A DNA stretch of 61,262 bases from contig NC_068982.1 in the NCBI RefSeq assembly GCF_001194135.2, forward strand, positions 45,215,752 to 45,277,013. Reading direction: 5' to 3'. The notes under the pieces are model-generated. The model was not told the DNA's origin, did no database searches, and saw only the letters and a list, made by a program, of their open reading frames with translations. A program made the position numbers and the translations under genes. Of the stretch, positions 39,644-51,849 are shown one piece after another. The DNA comes from Octopus bimaculoides (Eukaryota). How positions within the stretch are numbered: position 1 is the stretch's first letter; every line of letters starts with the position of its first letter.

Positions 39644-40561
39644 CATCATCATCATCATCATCGTTTAACGTCCGCTTTCCATGCTAGCATGGGTTGGACG
39701 ATTTGACTGAGGACTGGTGAAACCGGATGGCAACACCAGGCTCCAGTCTGATTTGGCAGAGTTTCTACAGCTGGATGCCCTTCCTAACGCCAACCACTCA
39801 GAGAATACATATATATATATATATATATATATAATGTACAACGGGCTTCTTTCAGTTTCCATCTACCAAATCCACTCACAAGGCTTTGGTCAGCCCAAGG
39901 CTATAGTAGAAGACACTTGCCCAAGGTGTCATGCAGTGGGATTGAACCTGGAACCATGTGATCTGTTGTCTAGGGACAACATACCCCCACACCTGTAATT
40001 GAGGGTATGTATTTGTGTCTCATTGTCTTGACATCATGTAGTTGTTCCAAATGAGTGTCACTGTCATTCGTTTCCAATATTCTGTGAGTCCATGTCTGGC
40101 TACGAGGAAATATTACCTTACTTGGAAACAGGTGAAGGTTGGTAACAAGATGGGCATCTGGCTGTAGAAAATCAGCCTCAATAAACTTTGGGCTATGCAC
40201 GCATGGAAAAGTGGATGTTAAAATGATGATGTTAATGATGTGTGTGTGTGTGTGTGTGTGACTTGAAATTATTTGTAATACAAAAATAGAAGTAAATATA
40301 ATGTACTAATAAGGTGGCCCAGTTCTTCCTGAGAAAGAAAATTCACTGACCCAACTCTGCCAATCAAGATTAGGTTCTCAATATTAGAGTTTGTTTTTAC
40401 AATTTTATTTAGGCATGGAAGTCGCTTGCTTACTAACCACATAGTTCCGTGTTCAGTCCCACTGCATATCACCTTGGGCAAGTGTTTTTCTTACTATAGC
40501 CTCGGGCTGACCAAAGCTTTGTGAGTGGATTTGGTAGAAGGAAACTGAAAGAAGCCCGTTT

Positions 40562-40594
<33 letters not shown>

Positions 40595-40773
40595 ATGTTT
40601 GTGGCCTGTGTTTGTCCTACCATTGCTTGACAACCGATGTTGGTGTGTTTACGTCCCCGTAACTTAGCGTTTCAGCAAAAGAGAGCAATAGAATAAGTCT
40701 TGGGATTGATTTGTTTGACTAAAAGGCAATGCTCCAGCATTGCCACAGTCAAATGACTGAAACAAATAAAAGA
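39141..40773. mobile_element. Cluster of SINE family A copies (+39141-39296, -39329-39566, -39841-39961, +40412-40773) with RTE tails and microsatellites
   Basis: Mutual sequence identity visible by eye. Confidence 0.8.
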
Positions 40774-41311
40774 ACTGATGGTCTTGCATCTTCCTGTTGT
40801 TGACAATCAGTTGCCTACCAATTACAGTAACTACCCTTGGTTTTGTTCTGTTCATCTTGCTTTTATTATTCTTGTTGTTTGTGTGGAGAAGTCTGACTTT
40901 TTCTTCATGGACAACTGCTGTTATTCTATAGACCCTTGTCTAATCCTGCATTGGGGAGAGATCCTTCTAGTATCATCTGAATATGCTCTACCAACACAGA
41001 CTAAAGCAAGATTTTTCCAGGTGCAAATCTGTGGTCTCATTAAGAAGATGGATATGTTGCTTCCATAAAAGCATAAAGCATTGGTGATAGAATAGTTAAA
41101 CCCCACAAAAGCTTTTCTGACTGATTCATGGCTATAACTCTTCAACCATGAAAAAAAAAAAAAAAAAGGCTTTAGAAAAAAGCTGATACTAATTTTGTTC
41201 ATTTCAAATCTGTAAATTTAATTTACCATTGTTTTTCAGCGTCTCTGTCTGTCTGTGTGTCTCACAGATACAATGTACACATTTGTTATTTATTTCTTTA
41301 TTTCTGTTTAG

Positions 41312-41371
41312 CTTCGTCTGTTGCAAAGTGAATTGACTGTTGAAGAAGTAGTAAGAGACAGAAGTTTAAAG
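41312..41371 (+). CDS. MIX23: MIX23/CCDC58 exon 4 (LRLLQSELTVEEVVRDRSLK)
   Basis: tttctgtttAG acceptor, GTAAGT donor, 60 nt. Matches the QSELNVEEVVNDRSWK motif. Confidence 0.95.
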
Positions 41372-41654
41372 GTAAGTTTTATACTGAATTCTTTTTGCAG
41401 CTCACACACAGTTTATTGTAACTAAAGATTAAAAAGAATATTTAATGAAATAGTTGTTACGTTGTTGTTTAAAACTTTCCAACTTTGACCATCCTATCAT
41501 TTTGTTTATGTGCCAGAAACTTAGTATCACATCCACTATGTTTTTCTATGATGATAGAATATGGTTTGGTAGAGGTTTGACTGTTACTTTTTGCAAGTTA
41601 AGTGGTTATTACAGAGTCCCTTGTTGGCTTGTAGTCTGAAACACTAAATATTGT

Positions 41655-42140
41655 CATCGTTATCACCATTTAGTGTCTGTTTTACATGCTGGCATGGGTT
41701 GGATGGTGTGACTGGAACTGGTAAGCCAAAGAGCTATACCAAGCTCCAGTCTGATTTTGGCTTGGTTTCTACAGCTGGATGCCCTTCCTAACACCAACCA
41801 CTCCAAGGGTGTAGTGGGTGCCTTTTATGTATCACCATCACAGGTGCCTTTTACATGTTGCAGTCACGGGTGCCCTTCACATGTCGCCGTCACGGGTGCC
41901 TTTTACATGTCGCCATCACAGGTGCCCTTTACATGTTGCCCTTTACGTGTTGCCGTCATGGGTGCCCTTTACATGTCGCCGTCACATGTTCCCTTTACAT
42001 GTCGCCGTCACGGGTGTCCTTTACAGGTCGCCGTCACGGGTGCCCTTTACGGGTCGCCGTCACAGGTGCCCTTTACATGTCGCCCTCACGAGTGCCCTTT
42101 ACGTATCGCCGTCATGGATGCCCTTTACGTGTCACTGGGT
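41655..42140 (-). mobile_element. RTE 3' UTR/tail carrying a 26-bp minisatellite (~12 copies, 41816-42140)
   Basis: Unit GGGTGCCCTTTACATGTCGCCGTCAC. Confidence 0.85.
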
Positions 42141-42974
42141 GTCTTGTAGAAAATAAATTGTCATCTTATTCACTATCACTAATCAAAGTATCTGTTTTAC
42201 TATACTTTCATATATTGAATGAGTTTGTTGTAAATTGTCTTTTTGCCAATCCCTCTGTGTCCTAAATCTATCTGCTTAATTTGGATTACTGACATACTCT
42301 AATCATCTATCATCAACTCCCTTAACATTTTCTACTTTCTGTCTGTCTCACTCTCTCTTTTCACATCACACATGCATTTATGGAATCATTATATGATAAA
42401 TGTGTGACTCATTACACTGTATCCTGTTTTTAAGTAAGTGTAATTATCTATCATGTTTAGTGTCATGGTAGATGAGACTTCGTGGAAAGCATACCCTTGA
42501 TTTTAGAAATGTAATTCTAGGAAATAAAATTTTTACACTTATGAAAGCCACATCAACACTTTTGCTCAGTGTCTGGCGAGCACATGCTAAATTCCTGTTA
42601 TCACAAGACTGGTGAGCAAACAAGTGGAGCACTTGTGTCCATAGTTGAATGAAATCTTCAGACACTTGCCACTTATATAGTGGTTTACTACTAGGCTGTA
42701 TTGTACTATACTCTTTGTTTTAACTTCCTGCAATTAGGCTTTTTGAACTGTACTATGTTTAATTGTCCTATACATTTTGCTTTAACTGTCCTGCAATTAT
42801 TCGTGCAGCATACCATAGTGATTATACTGCACCCAATATTGCTGACCATTTACCAGCTGGTTGTTTTCAGTCCTATCCATAGTATCAAGGATACCATATA
42901 TTTAATGAGGACTTCCGTTTTAATATGAGACCATAACTACAAGCATCCGTTCACACACTTCAGCTATTGGTTAC

Positions 42975-43170
42975 AAATTTTGGGACAAGGCCAGCAATTT
43001 TACTGGGAGGGGTTAAGTTAATTACTTTGACCCCTATGGTACTTATTTTATTGACCTGAAAAGGATGAAAGGCAAAGTCAACCTCAGTGAAATTTGAACT
43101 CAGAACATAAAGACAGATAAAACGCCACTAAGCATTTTGCCCAGCATGCTAACAATTCTGCCAGCTTGCT
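42975..43170 (-). mobile_element. SINE family B
   Basis: Homologous to 31525-31738. Confidence 0.8.
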
Positions 43171-43449
43171 ACTTTAGACAATCAGATTCATGGCATACTT
43201 TCCCTCCATCATCCATTTATTCCCTTGCTCCTTCTTGTTGTTTTTAAAAGTTTTAACTAGGAAGTTAGACCTCTTGGAATTTCTGCCAGATGTGTGTTTA
43301 GTCTCTTTGTTAACATTTCGGTGTTTTCAAACCTTTAAGCACCAAACTGGTCCCATACAAGCAGTGATTAATTTGTTTTATAAGAGGCCATCAAGATGCT
43401 TGGATCGCACTTTTTCTAAGTATACCTTGACACCTTCATTATCCATCCA

Positions 43450-44072
43450 TTAGGTTTGTAGAATGACATGAATTCAATTTAGCAGTTTTTCCTTTAATGT
43501 TTTTTCATGAAAATTAACAGAGGTGGAAGTTTGGCCCCATTAACACAACAAGCTACAACTGCTGTGTAGTGAATCTTGTCTTGTCCAGTAGTTTTACTAG
43601 TCACTGATTTCATCTTTTAACATTTACATTTTTATCAGGCAGCATATAAAAAGCCAAAGGACAACATTATTAGCAAATTTATGGAAATCTGATATTTTCT
43701 CTTCGTATTCTGCAAGCATTTTCTGAGCTAACTTTGTTTCTGTTGACAAATTTAATCCATTTCATTTCATGAAATGAAGCATCATTGAGCAGTTCCTTTG
43801 AAATCTTTCACTTCTGTGTTTGCTGCTAACTTTCTTGCTTCTAAAATGATCATCTTTGTAGTCACAGCATATTCCAAGTTTTAAGTTTTACTAGTGCTGT
43901 ACAAAGATTATGCTTATTTTTTTCTTTGAATTTTTCAATTTTCATCCTGGCAAATCATCTGCTCAGTTGGTGGAATTCTGAAGTTTCTTTTTCCTTTTTT
44001 GTTTCAATATTCTATGGCATATTGCACAACTTTGAGTTTAAATGTGTTATTATATTTATGTCTCCTGTCATA
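43450..44072 (-). mobile_element. pogo-family (POGK-like) transposase remnant
   Basis: FKLKVVQYA (Brinker-like DBD), VTTKMIILEARKLA..DFKGT..KLAQKM (CENP-B HTH) and KTTGQDKIHYTAVVACCVNGAKLPPLLIF (DDE_1 start); stops and deletions. Confidence 0.8.
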
Positions 44073-44286
44073 TATGAAGGCGATAATTTATGAGGACTGA
44101 AAATGGCTAGTGACTGAAAAAAAAAAAAGCCTGGTAGTGAATGAACCATGTTCTAGACTTTTGAGTGTGAAAAATTAACAATAATTCCTATTTACTGTGA
44201 TGAGAAGTCTACCTATTTCTCAATAAATGGCATTATCACTCCACTGTCAGTAGTAAACAAACAGCACACCATCAATGGTAGTGTAT

Positions 44287-44667
44287 ACTTTTACTCTTTT
44301 ACTTGTTTCAGTCATTTGACTGGCCATGTTGGAGCACCGCCTTTAGTCGAGAAATCGACCCCAGGACTTATTCTTTGTACGCCTAGTACTTATTTTATCG
44401 GTCTCTTTTGCCGAACCACTAAGTTACGGGGACGTAAACACACCAGCATCGGTTGTCCAGCGATGTTGTGGGTACAAACATATACACATATATATACATA
44501 TATACGACGGGCTTCTTTCAGTTTCCGTCTACTAAATCCACTCACAAGGCTTCGGTCAGCCCGAGGCTATAGTAGAAGACACTTGCCCAAGGTGCCACGC
44601 AGTGTGACTGAACCCTGAGCCATGTGATTCGTAAGCAAGCTACTTACCACACAGCCACTCCTACGCC
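44287..44667 (-). mobile_element. Full-length SINE family A
   Basis: Head GGCGTAGGAGTGGCTGTGTGGTAAG through tail GAAACAAGTAAAAGAGTAAAAG. Confidence 0.9.
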
Positions 44668-44704
44668 TATCTGTAGCAAAGTTTTAAAAAACTATTTTAT
44701 ATTA

Positions 44705-45020
44705 GGCATAGCTGTGTGGTAAGAAGCTTGCTTCCCAGCCACGCAGTTCCAGGTTAAGTGCTATTGCATGGCATCTTGGGTAAGACATCTAATATAGCCT
44801 TGGGCTAAGCAAAGCCTTGAGTGGATTTGGCAGACGGAAACTGAAAGAAGCCTGTTGTATATATGTGCGTGTGTGTGTTTGTCCTTCACCACTGCTTCAC
44901 AACTGGTGTTGGTGTATTTACATTCCCCATAACTCACCGGTTTGGCAAAAGAGTATCAGGGTCGATCCTTTAAAGTGGCGCCCCAGCATTGTCACAGTCT
45001 AATGACTGAAACAACTAGAA
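44705..45020 (+). mobile_element. SINE family A, inverted relative to 44287-44667
   Basis: Same head, body and tail order on the + strand. Confidence 0.85.
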
Positions 45021-45802
45021 AAAAATATATATTCACTAAATTGTATTTATATTAGCAATATTAGTTAAATGAAATATTTCATTATCAATGAAATTTACTG
45101 TTGCTAAGTAATGTAACAAGCCTTTGCAAGGGGCTAATTTCAGTTTATCCTAAGCAAATGCTGTAACAGCTTCTCAACTAGCACTAGAGAAGAGGCACCA
45201 TAATTTTCAAGGTTATAATTTTTACGGCTTCCATGCCACAGAACAACGTTAATTTAAACTTCGGAGTTGTCTCCCCTGCCTACATCGTGATCAATCATTC
45301 ACATTGATCTTTTTTCCCTTTATATTTTGAAATAGTCTGCTTTATTACACTAAGCACAGAAGAAAGCTTGAATGAAAATAATCTAAATGTGGATTAAGCT
45401 GAGGCAACGACTAGGTAATATATAACAAAATGGATGCTAACATACTAAATGTAGTGAATCAAAAAAGTTTAATTAAGTAAAATACATTTTCAGTCCCACT
45501 ATTTGATACCTTGGGGAAGTGTCTTGTATTATAGCCCTGAGCTGACCACATTGTTTTGAATTATTCATGTTTTGAGATTTCAATGGTGTGATTGAGTAAT
45601 TTTGCAATGACATTGTAGGATAGGTTTGAGAAGCTGGATACGACCAGTTTGACCATAAAACAAATAGATTATTTGGGCCAGATAAGACTGGTTTAAATGC
45701 TAAAGGGTTAATCATATCTCTTTTTTTTTGTTTTGAAATATTTTACTTTTTTGTTTTTTTAAAATATTTTATTTATTTGCTTTTTTTCTTCATATATTGC
45801 AG

Positions 45803-45856
45803 GTTTTTTATGAAAGATGTCGAATTGCTTACAAACCACCAAAGCATCTCTCATGA
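45803..45856 (+). CDS. MIX23: MIX23/CCDC58 exon 5, coding part (VFYERCRIAYKPPKHLS*)
   Basis: Long T-tract ..atattgcAG acceptor and TGA stop at 45854-45856. Matches VFNERCRIHFKPP. Confidence 0.93.
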   Translation, partial: VFYERCRIAYKPPKHLS

Positions 45857-46027
45857 TAGTTCCTGTTGTTCTTTATATTATAATTAGAATTAGGTTCTGT
45901 GTATGATTACATTGGTGTACATTTTGAGAACTTTTTTTCATGAAAGTGTATCCACCTAGTAAAATTTAATACGCTTTTTTCAATTTTTTTTTGGGGGGTT
46001 TTGTTCTTATTATTAGATTGTTTTAAA

Positions 46028-46033
46028 AATAAA
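46028..46033 (+). promoter_or_regulatory. Candidate polyadenylation signal of MIX23
   Basis: First AATAAA about 170 nt after the stop; another near 46073. The context is AT-rich, so support is weak. Confidence 0.35.
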
Positions 46034-46410
46034 AGTAATTATAAAAATATTTTTTCAACAGAAAAAAAAAACAATAAAAATTTAATTTTTTTACAGACAT
46101 ATCTTTGATTTTCATACATATTCTACATGTGGGTCATCTTGATTCAAACATTATACATGTATAATTTACCTTCATACTAACGTTACACTGGCTTTGATAT
46201 TGTTCTTCTGTTAACATAATGTCTTTGTTGAAAATGTTTACCTTGTTCTTCACTATGTATATTTGACACAGTTTTCTGGAAAAAAAAAAAAAAACCCAAG
46301 AGAATGTGAAAGGTGATATTTTATTCTTATGCTACATCTGAGCTACTAAAAGCTGTTTATCCTGCTGCTGTTTGTTACCTATTGCTTTTACATTTACCAT
46401 ATTGATATGA

Positions 46411-46623
46411 CCCTTTAGCATTCAGATTATTCTGTCAAATGCTTGTATATCCACATTATTTTAAATCACTCATGTATTATCCTGTAGCTTTCGGATTTCA
46501 ATGATGTGACTGTTTATGTTTAGAAAGACAATGTTGGGTAGGTGTGAGAGGCTGGATCTGGCCAGTTTGAACCTAAAACGGAAGAATATTTGGCCAGATA
46601 TGGCTGGTTTAAATACTAAAGGG
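46411..46623 (+). mobile_element. piggyBac-type MITE
   Basis: CCCTTTAGC..CTAAAGGG-TTAA; same family as 1782. Confidence 0.75.
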
Positions 46624-47294
46624 TTAAACAACAGATTTAAATGTTTACCAAGTTTATAATGGAACTGAGAATAATGTTCTTAAATATCATCTTTCATCAG
46701 TTCTCTAATTTGTGGTCCAAAAACAATATCTGTTTTTAATTTTGCTTAAATTACAGCTGGAAATTAATGGCAAAGATATTTGAAAGTTCATCCAAAGAAC
46801 TTTTACAAAATACCTCCATTTGTAATTTTATGCTTAATTATGTTTGTATAAATTTTCTTGGATTTACTAGAACTCAAATGACACATAAAATACCTCAATT
46901 CTTGGTGGCCAGTATTTTATATACGAAGTAATATGTTCTAGCACTGCTATGCTACATTCATTAAAAACATGGAATTTTGTACAACTAATTTGCACTCCAA
47001 ATATGTTTCAGTTTGAATGAAAATAAAACCAACAAACTGTGTTCATCTAATTCTCAGCTGGAGTTCTGTACTATTATTTGTTAAAGTCAACTGTACAAAC
47101 TTGACCTATAGGTTTAAAAGTTAGGTAAGGTCCATTCTATTAAACTTTGCTTTTATTGATTCTCAAAAGAATCTATAAAATAGTCGCTTTAATAATCTGT
47201 AAAGGATTCCAATTTGCTCAATTTGGCCTTCAGTATATTTACAGTAAATAAATTCTCTTTGTTAACCCTTTTATTACCATATTTCTGCTGAAAT

Positions 47295-47434
47295 ACACTG
47301 CCATTGCTTCAATTAATTCTTAAGATAATGAAGAATTTCATAACACTGCCATTGCTTCAATTAATTCTTAAGATAATGAAGAATTTCATAACACTGCCAT
47401 TGCTTCAATTAATTCTTGGAATAATGAAGAATTT
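47295..47434 (+). repeat. 48-bp tandem repeat x3 inside a TTAA-flanked MITE (~47262-47585)
   Basis: Unit ACACTGCCATTGCTTCAATTAATTCTTAAGATAATGAAGAATTTCATA. Confidence 0.9.
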
Positions 47435-49016
47435 AGCAAAATAAATTTGTTTTTAATAAGCTGGTGTCTAGAATGTAAATTTAAAAAAATTTGATGGAAG
47501 GCTTTAATTTAGATCCCTTTAAAGTGAGAAGTTTCTGCCATAGAACTAAGGGACAGTCTTAGATTGGTTGGTTTTAAAAAGGTTAAAGAATTCTATAAAA
47601 TCTTTCTGTATATTAACAGGTAAACTCTTTTAGGTATTTTGCCTTTTAAACTTTATTGTCTAAATAATAATAATACTTTTAGAAGAAATGTTTAAAAAAC
47701 TAAAATAAGCTATTACGCAAATGACATTCATATAGCAAATAATGGATCTATTATGATAATTTAAAGCCTAAAAGTATACAAAATTTGATTTATGGATACA
47801 ATCTATGAAATCAGTATGCCATGACTGTCAAAGAGACATTTTATTCAATATTGAATCAATTTTTTTTTATATAATTAAAAATCATTCAACATAAATTTGA
47901 TTTTCAGAATCATTTTTTTTATTCTTTACACTTATCTTTTTTCTTATTAATACAATTAAATTTTATGTTCAACTACTTCTCTATAATGTTATTTTTATTC
48001 TTGAAATTAGTGTATTCTACATCCTTCAATATTAATTTGGAATTTACTCAATGTTACCAAAGATTTACATTACTAGTTTCGGTTATGCTTTTGTAGTGGA
48101 TTGCAAGGAAGCAACACTGTTAGAGAGGCCATTATTTATACTCCAGCGAATACTGTCGAAGACTAGGTAAATATGTATTCACACATGCGCATGCACAAGT
48201 GCACACAAAAACGCAGACACACAAACATGATAGGCCTCTCAGTTTCCTCTTACCAAATCCACTTTCAGGGCTGTAGAAAACACTTGACGAAGGTGCCGAC
48301 CAGTGGAACTGAGAGGAAAACCATGTGCTTGGGAAGCAAACTTTTTAACTACGCAACCATGTCTATGCCTATACACAGTCATGACTATGCATTTAATTTT
48401 AGTTCATCTCTGATTGAGAAGACACATGATCGAAAGTGTTGCATTTATTTTGCATGAAAGACTGCGATTTGACTATTATCTCTTGCAGGTATGGGCAACC
48501 TTTGTCGAGATGTGGGCAGCAAATGATATGTTTCATCATTAGGCAGGCCACACTACTAAATAAAACAACAATCAAAATTGAAGTTAATTGGGTTCTACTT
48601 TGGTGTGTGATCTACAAGGGAGATTACTTTAGGTTACTTTTTAAATTATTTTGTACATACTTAGCATTGTAAAAGTATTTTTTCAAGATTCTTACTATTT
48701 TAATAATAAGAAAACCCTATAATAATTAAAATAAGTGTGTAGATCACCCACCAAAGTAAATTTGCTCACATAGATCACATGGAAAGTAGCACTAACACAA
48801 AGTAAACTAAAAAGTAACTTAAAGTAATCTCCCTTTAAAGTGTAGATTACATGCCAAAGTGGCACCTTTCCATTTTTTAAGAAATGATGTGAATTCTGCC
48901 AGATTGAGCAAGCCTATCATTAAATGCATTCCAGCCATGATCATCTCGTCTAGTTTTTGTACATGGCATATCTAGGACTAGATTATTCAATGTATGCTTC
49001 CTCTTTAGAGACAGCA

Positions 49017-49625
49017 TCTTTTATCTTTTACTTGTTTCATTCATTGGACTGTGGCCAAGCTGGGGTACCACCTTGAAGGATTTAGTCGAACAAATCAGCT
49101 CCAGTATACATTTCTGAAAGCTTCATACTTATTATATTGGGTTTTTTCGACCAAACAACTAAGTTACTGGGATGTAAACAAACCATCACCACTTGTCAAG
49201 TGGTGGTGGTGAGGGACACAAAGAAAAAAAATGCACGCATACACATTGGCGCAGGTGTGGCTGTGTAGTAAGAAACTTGCTTCCCAACCACGTGGTTCTG
49301 TGTTCAGTCCACTGCATGGCACCTTGGGCAAGTGTTTTCTACTATAGCCTCATGGCGACCAAAGCTTTGTGAGTGGATTTGGTAGACGGAAACTGAAAGA
49401 AGCCCATCATACATATACATCTATGTGTTTGTCCTCCAACACCATCGCTTAACAACCAATGTTGGTGTGTTTACGTCCTTGTAACTTAGTTGTTTGGTAA
49501 AGGAGCCGATAGAATAAGTACAAGGCCTACAAAGAATTAAGTCCTGGGGTAGGTTTCTTCGACTAGAACCCTTTAAGGCAGTGCTTCTACATGGCTGCAG
49601 TCAAATGATAGAAACAAATAAAAGA
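49017..49625. mobile_element. Inverted SINE family A pair (-49017-49210, +49248-49625)
   Basis: Homology to the other family A copies. Confidence 0.75.
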
Positions 49626-50969
49626 ATATATATATATATATACTAGGCTTACTACTCAGCGCTGCTTGGTAAGGTATTCATGGAATTGTTTGCCAGTTTG
49701 TGGAATGGGAATTCATGGTACTTATGCATATATATCTAACTTATCAGCAGAAAGAATGGGTCCATTTCCTTCCATTGCTCCCTCTGTCCTTTCTTTCCAC
49801 ACCCTGTTGTTTAAGAGTCGTGCAGGTCTCATCTCAGGCGTGGAGACGTGCATTCCTATCTTCCTCACTCTCTCCTTGCCTTCTTCTTTGTTGCATGACT
49901 CTGTTATCCCGCAGTCGTTCTCCTTGTCTCCGTGCTCTTGCTTCTTCCCAACGCCTTTTGGCATCATCTGTTGACTACGATGATCCCCATCTCTTTCCAC
50001 GTAGCATAATTGATCAGTGCTTATTTTTGTATGAAATGTTGTATTAAGAAAATTAAATCACAACAACAAAGAGATTTCAAATGTCAAATGAATGAAAGAG
50101 AATAAAATCTGAAATGATGAAACTATAAGTAACCTCCGTAAAAAAGATATTTTTCTACGTCAGTGTGAGTGTACGCCAAAATGTCGACGTTTTTGTTTTT
50201 TCTTAGAGAGTTACAACATGTAAACATTCGTACCGGAAGTTGACTCATTTGATGTCAGAATAGAATTTACAGAAAAATAAGCGCTTAAATCTAATGAAAA
50301 TTCAATATGCTAAATACAACTAAATTGAAAACCTTTTCTCCCTGGCCATATCGGTAATTCTGAAAACTCTTGTGTGCGATTTTACATGAGTGGAAGCTCT
50401 TTTTAACAATTTTTATCTAGAAAATCACGTTACTTTTGTTTTAAAGTGAAAGATGTATGAACGTATATATGAAATGGACGAGAGAGAGAGTGCCACTAAT
50501 ACATGAGAACACACACATGCACACGTTCATACAAAAAGATGTACGCATATGTATTGATGCGTGTACGTATACATGACAACACACCCATTCACTCTCTCTC
50601 TTTCACACACGCCCATTTCGTATACATCTTTCACTTTCTCCTCTCACTTTAAAACAAAAGTAAATAAATAAAAAATTTTACGGATATTAACAAACTCCGG
50701 ATGATGAAATCACATACAGTTAAAACTATTTCTAAGTGATTAAAATATTGTGTACGTCAAAAACTCGACGTTTTTTTTTTCTTAGAGAGTGCGAAGACTG
50801 TGTGTATATGTCACAGATAACGGATGTGTGTTTGTGTTGATTGACACGCCAAAACATTCATTATATGTGTGAATTCTGTATATGTGTATGTGTTGACATC
50901 ACGTAAGCCATGTTTTTTTTTCACCAAGAAATAAACAAACAAAAATTGTTTAATCGTTTAGAGGTCCAA

Positions 50970-51001
50970 ATGTCACAAAAATGTGTACTGTACTGCCGAA
51001 G
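50970..51001 (+). other. Candidate first exon end of a downstream gene (AAG|GTAAGT donor)
   Basis: Consensus donor at 51001/51002 after a repeat-poor, CpG-containing region; ATGs at 50970 and 50981. Confidence 0.25.
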
Positions 51002-51849
51002 GTAAGTATGAAAATAAATATGTAAAAAAACTGAAGGTAAAATATACACTTTCTAAGATATTTCAGCTACACACAAACATCCTTAGAGATTTGGCGTTAT
51101 TGAGATATCCACGACGAGTTTTCTCAGTTTCCCTTTACCCAAATCACACACAAGGCAGTTAGCTCGGGATTATAGTGGAAGACACTTGCTCAAGGTACCA
51201 TACAATGCGACTAAACCTGAAACCAATGGTTGCAAAGTGAGCTTAAACGCACAACTGTCAGCCGCTCCTGTAGGGAATGATTTGAAGGATATTTAGCTGC
51301 TATTTCGAGCAGGTAGAACGATCACGTTGAACAGTCGTGGGCAAACTGCAGCCTGGAGGACTTTCTGAATGGCACGACTAACGAAAAATAACCTTCAATT
51401 TTTTTTTAGTAACATGGCACGCCTGAGAGTGATCCATGTCTTATGCAACCCGCTTCTCGAAGAAGATTCCTCATACTTGAAATAGTAAACAACCCAATTT
51501 AGTTTTAACATAGTCTGCCAATTCTTAATGCTTGGTGTAAGAATAACTTAAGAAACAAGTCAGTTCGAAGTAGGTTTTTAATCCACTGAAGGTTCTGATT
51601 TCGACTGACAGAAATATTAATATTAGAGCAAGCAGTTTTGCATAGTAGTTACAGCTGCAGCCGCTAAAAAAAATTTTGCAGAGACTCAAGCATTTCTATT
51701 GCTACCACTCAAGTATATGGGGCTGGTGGTATCCACTAATCTTTTTTCCCCTAAAAAGTTATTGACATCGTCTCTAAATTGTGTTTTTTTTACTACTCTA
51801 GACACTAGGAATGACACTTTGAGGCGTTAGTTAGACGTTTATATGAATG

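Noticed and set aside
41757-42265. Three overlapping repetitive ORFs
   Set aside because: Translation artefacts of the 26-bp minisatellite.
47295-47434. CRISPR-like appearance of regular repeats (also 16624, 21878 and 41816)
   Set aside because: Head-to-tail units with no unique spacers, eukaryotic context and no cas genes.
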